Below, one piece after another: positions 51,164-59,256 of a DNA stretch of 64,000 nt. The DNA is taken from the NCBI RefSeq assembly GCF_039543265.1, contig NZ_BAABJK010000004.1:1030003-1094002 (forward strand). The letters are read 5' to 3'. The translations under genes were made by a program, and so were the position numbers. The stretch's first letter is position 1. Each line of letters opens with the position of its first letter. Origin of the DNA: Algibacter aquimarinus (GTDB lineage: Bacteria > Bacteroidota > Bacteroidia > Flavobacteriales > Flavobacteriaceae). The notes below the pieces were generated by a model, which saw only the letters and a list, made by a program, of their open reading frames with translations, ran no database searches and had not been told where the DNA came from.

Positions 51164-51514
51164 ATGAAAAAAGTATATTATTTAAAAACGTGTAATACGT
51201 GTGTTAGAATTTTAAAAGAATTAAATCTTTCATCTGATTATATTCTTCAGGACATTAAAAATGAAGAAATTACTGTGAAGCAATTAGAGGAAATGAAAGC
51301 ACTCTCGGGCTCCTATGAGTCACTTTTTAGTAAGCGTGCTAAACTTTACAAAGAAATGGATTTGAAAAATCAAGATTTAACCGAGCGCGACTACAAACAA
51401 TACATTTTAGAACATTACACCTTCTTAAGCAGACCTGTTATTATTTCTGATAATCAGATTTTTATTGGAAACTCTAAAAAAACTATTGAATTAGCTAAAA
51501 AAAGTATACACTAA
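51164..51514 (+). CDS. ArsC/Spx/YffB-family thioredoxin-fold protein (arsenate-reductase family)
   Basis: N-terminal YYLKTCNTC (CxxC next to the catalytic Cys); 116 aa. Confidence 0.6.
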   Translation: MKKVYYLKTCNTCVRILKELNLSSDYILQDIKNEEITVKQLEEMKALSGSYESLFSKRAKLYKEMDLKNQDLTERDYKQYILEHYTFLSRPVIISDNQIFIGNSKKTIELAKKSIH

Positions 51515-51537
51515 ACGTAGATAATATTTATTTTAAA

Positions 51538-52455
51538 TCACTTTTTCTTTAACCTATTACTAAAGTGAATAACATAAGTTGCATTGAAACCAAAATTGAG
51601 ATTAGGGTTTCTGAAATTAAAATTATTCCGTGTTTGGGTAATAAAAGTGTCTTCAACCATATTTCTTGTATTAGTAAGCATAAATTGTAAAAGTACATCT
51701 CCAACTTCCCAATTTACGCCCAGTGCAAAAGGCCCATAAGTGTCAAATGACTTAATAGGATTAAAGGTTTTATAGTATTCAGATACAATTGAAAGGTGAG
51801 GCCCTATTTTGTAACGTGCACCAAAGCCCATTGCAAAAAAGTTTTGATCATCTGCTTCGGAAGCTGCAAAACCTCTATGAATAAATGTAGGGGAAATTTG
51901 AAATGAAAAATCTGATGATATTTTTCTAGAAATTAGTAATTGTGTTGTAAACGATAATCTTCCAGAAAAATCATTTACTACCAAAGAATATGGTCTTGAA
52001 CTACTATTATAGCTACCGCTTTGTAAAAGTGTTATGTTGAATGGTGTTGCCTTTTCTCCTTTCTTTTGTGTTACTAAATTATATTTCAGATAACTATCCC
52101 AAAGCCTATCAAAAGTTGTAGCTCCAACCCCAAAAGATAAACGGTCTGAAATGCCATATTCAAGCGCAAATCTTGTACTCATTCTATCTGCACCAAAACT
52201 TTGTGATTGTTCTGAGGGTAAATCCCAAAACCTGTTGGCTACAAATACTTCTAAAATATTTTTACTCCTTACTTCGGTTGAATGTCCAAAAGTAATTCGG
52301 GTCATTTTAAATGCTGGCGTTATGTAACCTAAAGTATCTTTTTGTTCATTCTCTAGTATTTCTAATAAATTTTGGGATATGGAAAAATGAAAACATCCCA
52401 TAAAAATAATACCTGTAAATAATATTTTTTTAATTTTCATAAGGCTCATATTCAA
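51538..52455 (-). CDS. Outer-membrane beta-barrel protein, paralogue A (possibly DUF5777-like). The likely start is Met6 (MKIKKILF…), near 52440.
   Basis: Signal peptide. It shares AFK..I.F..ST.V.SK…RF…FG.D…R..L.YGISD…KKG…F…NTS with the 53901-54746 product. Confidence 0.45.
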   Translation of the reverse strand: MNMSLMKIKKILFTGIIFMGCFHFSISQNLLEILENEQKDTLGYITPAFKMTRITFGHSTEVRSKNILEVFVANRFWDLPSEQSQSFGADRMSTRFALEYGISDRLSFGVGATTFDRLWDSYLKYNLVTQKKGEKATPFNITLLQSGSYNSSSRPYSLVVNDFSGRLSFTTQLLISRKISSDFSFQISPTFIHRGFAASEADDQNFFAMGFGARYKIGPHLSIVSEYYKTFNPIKSFDTYGPFALGVNWEVGDVLLQFMLTNTRNMVEDTFITQTRNNFNFRNPNLNFGFNATYVIHFSNRLKKK

Positions 52456-52981
52456 ATTTAAAGTTTACCTCAATACTTTTAGCAATATTACCAGCCAGTA
52501 ATGGTGGTATATTTATGTTATAATCTTTTACTAAAGTTTCAAAAGTACCAGACAAAATATATTTCCCATCGTTATTTTCAATCTTACTTTTTATTTCCAG
52601 TTCGTTAGAAACACCATGCATAAGAAGGGTCCCTTTAATAATTCGTGTTTGTTCTCCTTTTATACTAGAATCAAATTTTAATATTCTCCCTTCAAAAGTG
52701 GCTTTTGGATAAATATCAGATTCTATATAACTTTCGTTAAAATGCTCTTTCATTAGAGCTTTCTCAAAAACAAACGTGTTCATTAGCATACTTACAGCTA
52801 TACTTCCATCCTCAAGGTTTATTATACTTAATGCTTGATTGTTTTCTGCCTTAATATTTTCGACTGATGTATATGAAAAAAAAGAAACTTTTCCTTGTCT
52901 ACTAATTACTTGCTCTGGTTTTTCGTTAAAACCAAAATTAATAATTAACAACAGAGTTAAAAGAAATTTATTCATTCGCAT
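52430..52981 (-). CDS. YceI-like (lipocalin-type polyisoprenoid-binding) periplasmic protein, paralogue A
   Basis: Signal peptide; EHFNESYIESDIYPKATFEG is nearly identical to EHFNENYIESETYPKATFKG in paralogue B; 183 aa. Confidence 0.55.
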   Translation of the reverse strand: MRMNKFLLTLLLIINFGFNEKPEQVISRQGKVSFFSYTSVENIKAENNQALSIINLEDGSIAVSMLMNTFVFEKALMKEHFNESYIESDIYPKATFEGRILKFDSSIKGEQTRIIKGTLLMHGVSNELEIKSKIENNDGKYILSGTFETLVKDYNINIPPLLAGNIAKSIEVNFKFEYEPYEN

Positions 52982-52984
52982 TGT

Positions 52985-53410
52985 TTAGTTAGTTATTAAG
53001 CAATTTAAAAGAATTACATCTTTTAACGAGCCTTTTAGAATGCCTTTAATTTTAATTACCTGTCCTTGTTTTAAATTTTCCAATAAAAGAGATTGATTTT
53101 CTTGAATGTCGCAAATAGCTAAAACGTCTGTTTGTCCTTTTTCACTTAAAATAATTGTGCTTCTATTATTTAAGTAATTAACATCTTCAACAACGCCCTG
53201 TACCTCAACAACAGTTTCTTTTAAGTTCGAATTATTTAAATTAAGCGCTTCCAATAACTCAGCTAATTTAAACTGTTTAGTTGTAGTTGTTCTCTGTACA
53301 ATTTGGTCTGAGTTATCTTTATAACAGCTACTAAAAATAATTAATGCAGTTAAACACATCAATAAATAACTGATTATAAATTGTGTCCTCTTTTTTATTG
53401 AAAATCGCAT
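52985..53410 (-). CDS. Small OB-fold lipoprotein (tRNA_anti-like / BOF-like), paralogue A
   Basis: Lipobox FSSC; 141 aa. It has the same secondary-structure pattern as the 54748-55152 product. Confidence 0.4.
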   Translation of the reverse strand: MRFSIKKRTQFIISYLLMCLTALIIFSSCYKDNSDQIVQRTTTTKQFKLAELLEALNLNNSNLKETVVEVQGVVEDVNYLNNRSTIILSEKGQTDVLAICDIQENQSLLLENLKQGQVIKIKGILKGSLKDVILLNCLITN

Positions 53411-53626
53411 AAGAGCATAAATTTACTGACTATTTTCTATTCTTTTTTGATTTAAATAAAAAATTAATCCCCAAGATGTTTTATTTTCCTGGGGAATAAG
53501 ATAATTAACAAACCAAAAACTAATCCCTTAACAAATTATTGATATAATTAACCTCCTTTAAAAACTTTCTTCTTAAGAGAAATAAACTTCCTAACCTTAG
53601 CAATCTAGATTAGCAATAAATCTTTT

Positions 53627-53899
53627 TTAGCAACCGCAAACCGAATTAGAAAATTGAGCTTCTAATAATCGTTCTCCCTTTTCTGGATACCCAATTTTTG
53701 ATAATCTATTTAATACTTCCGAAAGCTTATTGGCTTTCATAAAATTAAATGTTATTAATGATTCTTTTGGGTAGAGTCTCACATTCTTAACATCATCTAT
53801 TTCTTGTAATTCTTCCTTAATACACACTGAACAATTTTTGCAAAATCGTTGTTGTACTTCTATTCTAGCCATGGAGGCAATACATCTTTCTTCTATCAT
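53627..53899 (-). CDS. Heavy-metal-associated (HMA)-like small protein with CxxCxxC and a C-terminal CGC. The track ORF 53627-53947 is probably over-extended.
   Basis: RFCKNCSVCIKEELQEIDDVKNVRLYPKESLITFNF…IGYP fits the HMA fold (MTCxxCV…GV..v.v.l…v…Gy). A start at Met17 lies 1 nt after the upstream barrel gene's stop. The tail is SVCGC. Confidence 0.45.
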   Translation of the reverse strand: MIEERCIASMARIEVQQRFCKNCSVCIKEELQEIDDVKNVRLYPKESLITFNFMKANKLSEVLNRLSKIGYPEKGERLLEAQFSNSVCGC

Positions 53900-53900
53900 A

Positions 53901-54746
53901 TTAAAAAACTCTTGATAAATTAAACCCAAAGAAGATATCTCCATCACCCCAATCTCCTGTTCCTTGGCCTAAAAAGCCATTAGTATTCATAGGTTGTGCG
54001 TTAGTAAAGTGTAGTTGAAATACATGACCTCCCGTTTCTAAATCAAAACCAATAGAAAGAGGGTTGTTAAACGGTGAGGTTTCAGCTCTATTTAAATGCA
54101 GTCCGTAATCAAAGTTTACCGACCACCTTTTAGTCAGTTTATGTCGTCCTCCAAAACCAATAACGTATTGAGAGTTATCTTGTTCATCAACATCTACATA
54201 ATTATCATGAAAAAACGTAGGCATTAATTGAAAAGAAAAGTTAGTATTAACCTTTTTTGATATTAGCAATTGTGTTGTATAACCTAACCTATTTTTAAAT
54301 TTTAAAAGCGGTAATATTTCTTCATCTAGTGAGGTATTAATTAATATATTACTTGAACTTACTACTGTAAAAGGAAAGCCTCCTTTTTTTTCGCGTAATA
54401 ATCTCATTTTAAGTGAAGATTCATAAATTTTTCGGAATGAGCTTCTGGAAAATCCAATATTAATTCCGTCTGAAATACCATAAATAAGGTTAAGTCTGGT
54501 AACGGCTTGATCTAGGCCAAAGAAATCTTTAAATCCGGTTTCTACAGATCCAAATCTGTGAGATACCACAAAATAAAGCTCCTTTTTTGATACCATTTTT
54601 GTAGATTCAAAATTGACAATCTTCAGACCTTTAAAAGCAGCTGTTTTAAAATCTGTTTCTGTTTCATTATCTATTTCAGATAATAAATCGTCTTGGGCAA
54701 AAAATATCGTTGGTATTAAAAAAATTAATAAGTATAAAAATTTCAT
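53901..54746 (-). CDS. Outer-membrane beta-barrel protein, paralogue B (possibly DUF5777-like)
   Basis: Signal peptide MKFLYLLIFLIPTIFFAQ and a C-terminal …LSRVF (terminal Phe). Paralogous to the 51538-52455 product. Confidence 0.45.
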   Translation of the reverse strand: MKFLYLLIFLIPTIFFAQDDLLSEIDNETETDFKTAAFKGLKIVNFESTKMVSKKELYFVVSHRFGSVETGFKDFFGLDQAVTRLNLIYGISDGINIGFSRSSFRKIYESSLKMRLLREKKGGFPFTVVSSSNILINTSLDEEILPLLKFKNRLGYTTQLLISKKVNTNFSFQLMPTFFHDNYVDVDEQDNSQYVIGFGGRHKLTKRWSVNFDYGLHLNRAETSPFNNPLSIGFDLETGGHVFQLHFTNAQPMNTNGFLGQGTGDWGDGDIFFGFNLSRVF

Positions 54747-54747
54747 T

Positions 54748-55152
54748 TTAGTTCTGTTTGTTTATTACTGTTGCTTGGTCAATTTTAACTACTTCAAGTA
54801 GTTCATCGTAGCCCACACATCTACCTTTAATAGTTAATAAAATTTGTTCTGCTACTTTTGGCATTTTATCAATATTAAAACTTACTTGTATTTTATCATT
54901 TAAAATGATTTCATTGTTTTCAACTGAAGTTATTTTTCCTTCAATCTCAATTACTTTATCTAAATACTTGGTTGTAGCAAGCTTCTCATTGTTATAAAAA
55001 TGATTGTATAAATTTTCTGCAGACATAGAGACGGTGGCTTCTTCAACACTAATATTTCTATGCTTAGTGTTAAAGGTGTAATTATAAACTAAGCCACCTA
55101 CAACAAAAACAAGAATGATTAGAGTAAGAATTATGATTTTATTTCTCTTCAT
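54748..55152 (-). CDS. Small OB-fold (tRNA_anti-like) membrane-anchored protein, paralogue B
   Basis: N-terminal TM anchor; …NLYNHFYNNEKLATTKYLDKVIEIEGKITSV… is typical of tRNA_anti-like OB proteins; 134 aa. Confidence 0.45.
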   Translation of the reverse strand: MKRNKIIILTLIILVFVVGGLVYNYTFNTKHRNISVEEATVSMSAENLYNHFYNNEKLATTKYLDKVIEIEGKITSVENNEIILNDKIQVSFNIDKMPKVAEQILLTIKGRCVGYDELLEVVKIDQATVINKQN

Positions 55153-55712
55153 TTTTTGGTGAGTTTAAAATCTAAGGTCACTACTATCTCTTTTGCTATT
55201 TTATTTTTTACAATACTTGGTATTTCTATATCAAAATCAGCAGGAGTCACAGTAAATGACCCCTGGATGATTATAGAATCATTGGATTTTTTTGTATTTA
55301 ACGTTGTTCGAATTTGTTTTTCTTTTCCACGCAATTCTATTTTCCCATCAACGATAACCTCTGTGATGTTTTCCGTTAAATCCGAAAAATTAAAATCCAA
55401 TAATTTACCTTTAAACGTAGCTTTTGGATACGTTTCTGATTCTATATAATTTTCATTAAAATGCTCTTCCATAAGAGAATTTTTAAAACGAAAACTCTTA
55501 ATAAGTGCCAGTGAAGCAATGTCATTAGTTTCTGTATTTAATATTACAGTTACTGATGCGTTTGTAGCTTTAACAGGTTCAAAAAGTTCTTCAGAGGCTT
55601 CAAATGTTAGGTTCCCCTTTTTATCAATATACTTTGTTTGTGCTCCTAACGTATTTACTATAAATGTTGTGATAATGAGAAGCAGTGCTAAAAGACTTTT
55701 TGTGTTTTTCAT
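55149..55712 (-). CDS. YceI-like periplasmic protein, paralogue B
   Basis: Signal peptide; 187 aa; paralogous to the 52430-52981 product. A 4-nt overlap with the downstream OB gene suggests coupling. Confidence 0.55.
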   Translation of the reverse strand: MKNTKSLLALLLIITTFIVNTLGAQTKYIDKKGNLTFEASEELFEPVKATNASVTVILNTETNDIASLALIKSFRFKNSLMEEHFNENYIESETYPKATFKGKLLDFNFSDLTENITEVIVDGKIELRGKEKQIRTTLNTKKSNDSIIIQGSFTVTPADFDIEIPSIVKNKIAKEIVVTLDFKLTKK

Positions 55713-55762
55713 GATTACAGTTGTTTGATTCTTTATTATTCTTAGTTTTAGTTAATCAAAAG

Positions 55763-56146
55763 CTAGTTCTGTAATTTTCCGTCAGTTATCCACTGTTGTA
55801 TTAGATCTATAGTTGCTTGTGGCAATCTTCCAGATGGAGGCATTGCTCCAGGTGAGCCACTTTGTAAACTCATTCTGTTTAAAACACCGTTAGCTCTTTG
55901 GTTTACTTGACTAAAATTTATCAAAGAAAAAGGCGCACCATTTACAGGTGGACTTGCATGACAACTAACGCAACTGCTCTGCATTATTGGAGCAATATCA
56001 TCACTATAAGTAATTTTATTATCGTTAGGATTGTTAGGATTCTCTATAACATCAGGTTCATCTATTAAATCGTTTTCGCTATCGTTGCTACAACTACATA
56101 ATAAAAGTGCTAATAATGCCGAAGTAATTAATCTGTTTGCTTTCAT
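55763..56146 (-). CDS. Lipoprotein with a single c-type cytochrome (CxxCH) domain, PSCyt1-like
   Basis: SSCVSCHASPPVNGAPFSLINF…MPPSGRLPQATIDLIQQWI contains the heme motif CVSCH. The probable start is MKANRLITSALLALLLCSC; the track ORF runs on to 56221. Confidence 0.55.
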   Translation of the reverse strand: MKANRLITSALLALLLCSCSNDSENDLIDEPDVIENPNNPNDNKITYSDDIAPIMQSSCVSCHASPPVNGAPFSLINFSQVNQRANGVLNRMSLQSGSPGAMPPSGRLPQATIDLIQQWITDGKLQN

Positions 56147-56362
56147 TTTGTTTCTGTTTTTTTGGGTTTTAGTGCCAAATCTGTTGCACAAATTTTTAGG
56201 TTTATTTTCAATACAAAGCAACTGTATTTAAAGGGGTTACAGACTACAAAACTTAGTGAGAGGGAAGAATTAATCTTAAAAAGGGAAAATTTAGTCTTGA
56301 AACGTATTAACAAAATGCTTAATTTATTTCAATTTAAATAGCCCTACTTAAATTATTTATAT

Positions 56363-57496
56363 TTGCAAGTATTAATAAAAAATATGCGTAAAGACAGACT
56401 TTATTTGTTAACCTTTTTATCGCTCTCGATAATTTTTCTAGTTATCTCTAGTGTAGCCATACGTTATTTTGTTAATGCCGCAGCGGATGAGGTTCTTGAA
56501 ACTCAACTGGAGTTTAGTAAACGTGAGGCAAGGCAAATTGCGTTATTAATTGGTAATCAATTAGAGGATGGCGTTTCAATGGAAAAAGCTAAGTCAAGTA
56601 CTCAACAAAGCATTGAAAATTCAAATTTAGATGCTGGATTTGTGAGTGTTTTTGATTGGTCTGGTAAAATTATATGTCACCCTGATATTAAACAACTTGG
56701 ACAAAACATAAGTTCTAGAAAATCTTTTGTAACCTCTGTTTCAGATGACCTTACTTCTGAGGATTTCTACAATTTGCTCAAAAAAAATGAAGAGATTAAT
56801 GATACACTTGCTTTAAGCGATACAAAATCAAAGTCTGAAGTAGTATATCTTTACCCAGTTAAAAATTCAGATTGGATAGTTGGTGCGCATGCCAACACAC
56901 AAATAGTTTCTCAGCAAATTAACACCCTAAGGAAGAATTTTCAGAATATTTTATTGGTTATGGGGATTTTATTCATTCTTTCCTCAGTGTTAATAGTAAG
57001 ATTGATTGGTAGCAGGTATGAGAAAAATTTAGAAATTAAAAATGAAAAGCTTTCAGATGAAATTATTAACCTCTCTAAATTAAATAGAGCCGTTGACACC
57101 TACCAACAAAAAGTCATTGATAAGCCACTAAACAATATAAGTGATGAGGAAAGTATGGCAAAAAAGAGAATTCTAACCTATATAAGACATGAACTTTTAT
57201 CTGTATCTACTGATGATATTGCTTACATTTATACCGAAAGCACAATTACCTATGTGGTTTGTTTTGATGGCAAACGGTCTACCTCAAACTCAAGTTTAGA
57301 TGAGTTATTTGCTAACTTAGATAATACTTACTTTTTTAGAGCAAATCGTCAGTTTATAATTGCCATATCTGCTATTGATAAGATAGTTAGGTATGGAAAT
57401 AATCAACTTAAAATACTTATTAATCCAAACTCTGAAGTCGACATAATAATAAGTAAAAATAAGGCCTCTGAATTTAAAAAGTGGTTGAATCTATAA
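56363..57496 (+). CDS. Membrane-anchored one-component regulator: TM, extracytoplasmic sensor-like domain, TM, coiled coil, then a C-terminal LytTR DNA-binding domain
   Basis: The C-terminus (ILTYIRHELLSVSTDDIAYIYTESTITYVVCFDGKRSTSN…YFFRANRQFIIAISAI) is a LytTR domain. Two hydrophobic helices fall near residues 12-33 and 195-215. Confidence 0.7.
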   Translation: MQVLIKNMRKDRLYLLTFLSLSIIFLVISSVAIRYFVNAAADEVLETQLEFSKREARQIALLIGNQLEDGVSMEKAKSSTQQSIENSNLDAGFVSVFDWSGKIICHPDIKQLGQNISSRKSFVTSVSDDLTSEDFYNLLKKNEEINDTLALSDTKSKSEVVYLYPVKNSDWIVGAHANTQIVSQQINTLRKNFQNILLVMGILFILSSVLIVRLIGSRYEKNLEIKNEKLSDEIINLSKLNRAVDTYQQKVIDKPLNNISDEESMAKKRILTYIRHELLSVSTDDIAYIYTESTITYVVCFDGKRSTSNSSLDELFANLDNTYFFRANRQFIIAISAIDKIVRYGNNQLKILINPNSEVDIIISKNKASEFKKWLNL

Positions 57497-57551
57497 GACT
57501 TAAAATAAATAATACTAAATAAACTTATTAGAAAGTATTTTTAAAACAAAA

Positions 57552-57580
57552 AAGTCTAACATTTCTGTTAGACTTTTTTT
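57552..57580. terminator. Bidirectional terminator between the LytTR gene and tRNA-Asn
   Basis: AAAAAAGTCTAAC-ATTTCTG-TTAGACTTTTTTT. Confidence 0.8.
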
Positions 57581-57581
57581 G

Positions 57582-57655
57582 CTCCTTCTCTTGGGCTCGA
57601 ACCAAGGACCCTCTGATTAACAGTCAGATGCTCTAACCAACTGAGCTAAGAAGGA
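57582..57655 (-). tRNA. tRNA-Asn (anticodon GTT)
   Basis: Reverse complement: TCCTTCT-TA-GCTC-AGTTGGTTA-GAGC-A-TCTGA-CTGTTAA-TCAGA-GGGTC-CTTGG-TTCGAGC-CCAAG-AGAAGGA-G. Cloverleaf with a perfect 7-bp acceptor stem, anticodon loop CU-GUU-AA, T-loop TTCGAGC. CCA is not encoded. Confidence 0.85.
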
Positions 57656-57724
57656 ATATACTTTTTTATATAAGCGAGTGCAAATATATATTGTTTTTTA
57701 ATTTCTGCAAACCTTTTTTTAAAT

Positions 57725-59119
57725 TTATTTAGAATTTAATAACTCCGTTATCCATTTATAAACATCATTCCCGTTTGCGAATAAAACTAAAGCGATTAAG
57801 ATAAAGAAACCAACCATTTGCGCATATTCCATAAACTTGTCTCCTGGTTTTCTTCCAGACACCATTTCATATAATAAAAACATAACGTGTCCACCATCTA
57901 ATGCAGGAATTGGTAACAGGTTTAAAACCCCTAACATAATTGATAAAAAGGCTGTTATATTCCAAAAATATTGCCAACTCCAAACACTAGGAAAAATATC
58001 ATAAATAGCTTTAAAACCACCAACACCTTTGTATGCACCTGTACTTGGTGTAAAAATAGCGCCTAATTGCTTCCAATATGAAGCTAGTTTTGCTTTTGCT
58101 TTATTTATTCCTACAGGAAAAGCTTCAAGAAAGGTATATTCTTTTGTTTCAAATTTATAGTAACCCAAAGCTTCTAAAGTTTTGGGAGTAGAACCAGAAG
58201 CATAAACCAAACCTAATTTGCCCTCATCACTAATTTTTAAAGGAATAGTTGTTTCAACCTTGTCTCTTAATAATTTAGCCGTAACTTCTTGACCTTTTAG
58301 GTTTCCTAAAACTGCCTTTACTTCATCAGCATATTTAGTACTAACGTTATTTAAACCAATAATAATATCTCCTGTTTTTATTCCACTATTTTTATTGTAA
58401 GATGAGTCAGGAACTTCTACTATAATAAAAGGTTCTCTTAAATCTATAAAGTCTTTTTCTTTAGAATCTATAAGCTGAGATAAAATATCTTCTGGAAAAG
58501 TAATTGTTGATTGTTCTCCCTTTCTTTCAATGGTAATATCTTTTCCAAACAAAACCTTTTCTGATATTTCCGAGAAATTCTCAATCTTATCTCCATCAAC
58601 AGCAATAATTTTATCGCCAGTTAAAAGCCCCGCTTGATTAGCAACGGTATTTTCGATTAATAGACCGTCTTTAATATTATCATTTGGCAAAAATGTATCG
58701 CCATAAAAATAACTCATCCCTATGTAAATAAGAATGGCTAGAATAAAATTAACAGTAACACCACCCAACATAATAATTAAACGCTGCCATGCTGGTTTAG
58801 ATCGAAATTCCCATGGTTTAGGCTCTTCTTTCATAGCCTCAGTATCCATACTCTCGTCAATCATTCCAGAAATTTTCACGTAACCCCCTAGTGGCAACCA
58901 TCCAATACCATAAACCGTATCTCCTATTTTCTTTTTAAACAATGAAAATTTTACATCAAAAAACAAGTAAAATTTTTCAACTCTAGTTTTAAAAGCTTTT
59001 GCTGGAATGAAATGCCCTAATTCGTGCAGCACAATAAGCAATGATAAGCTTAATAAAAACTGAGATATTTTTATAACAAACTCCATAGAATCTTCAATCA
59101 ATTTTTTATAATCGCACAA
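57725..59119 (-). CDS. rseP: Site-2 (RIP) zinc metalloprotease RseP with PDZ domains
   Basis: HELGHF (HExxH) in TM1, two PDZ segments and a C-terminal LDGG motif; 464 aa. Confidence 0.88.
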   Translation of the reverse strand: MCDYKKLIEDSMEFVIKISQFLLSLSLLIVLHELGHFIPAKAFKTRVEKFYLFFDVKFSLFKKKIGDTVYGIGWLPLGGYVKISGMIDESMDTEAMKEEPKPWEFRSKPAWQRLIIMLGGVTVNFILAILIYIGMSYFYGDTFLPNDNIKDGLLIENTVANQAGLLTGDKIIAVDGDKIENFSEISEKVLFGKDITIERKGEQSTITFPEDILSQLIDSKEKDFIDLREPFIIVEVPDSSYNKNSGIKTGDIIIGLNNVSTKYADEVKAVLGNLKGQEVTAKLLRDKVETTIPLKISDEGKLGLVYASGSTPKTLEALGYYKFETKEYTFLEAFPVGINKAKAKLASYWKQLGAIFTPSTGAYKGVGGFKAIYDIFPSVWSWQYFWNITAFLSIMLGVLNLLPIPALDGGHVMFLLYEMVSGRKPGDKFMEYAQMVGFFILIALVLFANGNDVYKWITELLNSK

Positions 59120-59256
59120 AAGTAAGCTTTTAAACCAACTTTAAAAAGACTATTTGACGAACGGCTAGCTTTTAACAAGAATTTATGTTTCAATAAAATT
59201 CTGTTTCAACAAATTTCATTGTAATTTTGTAGAAATCTATTTTTCAAGTTTATAAA

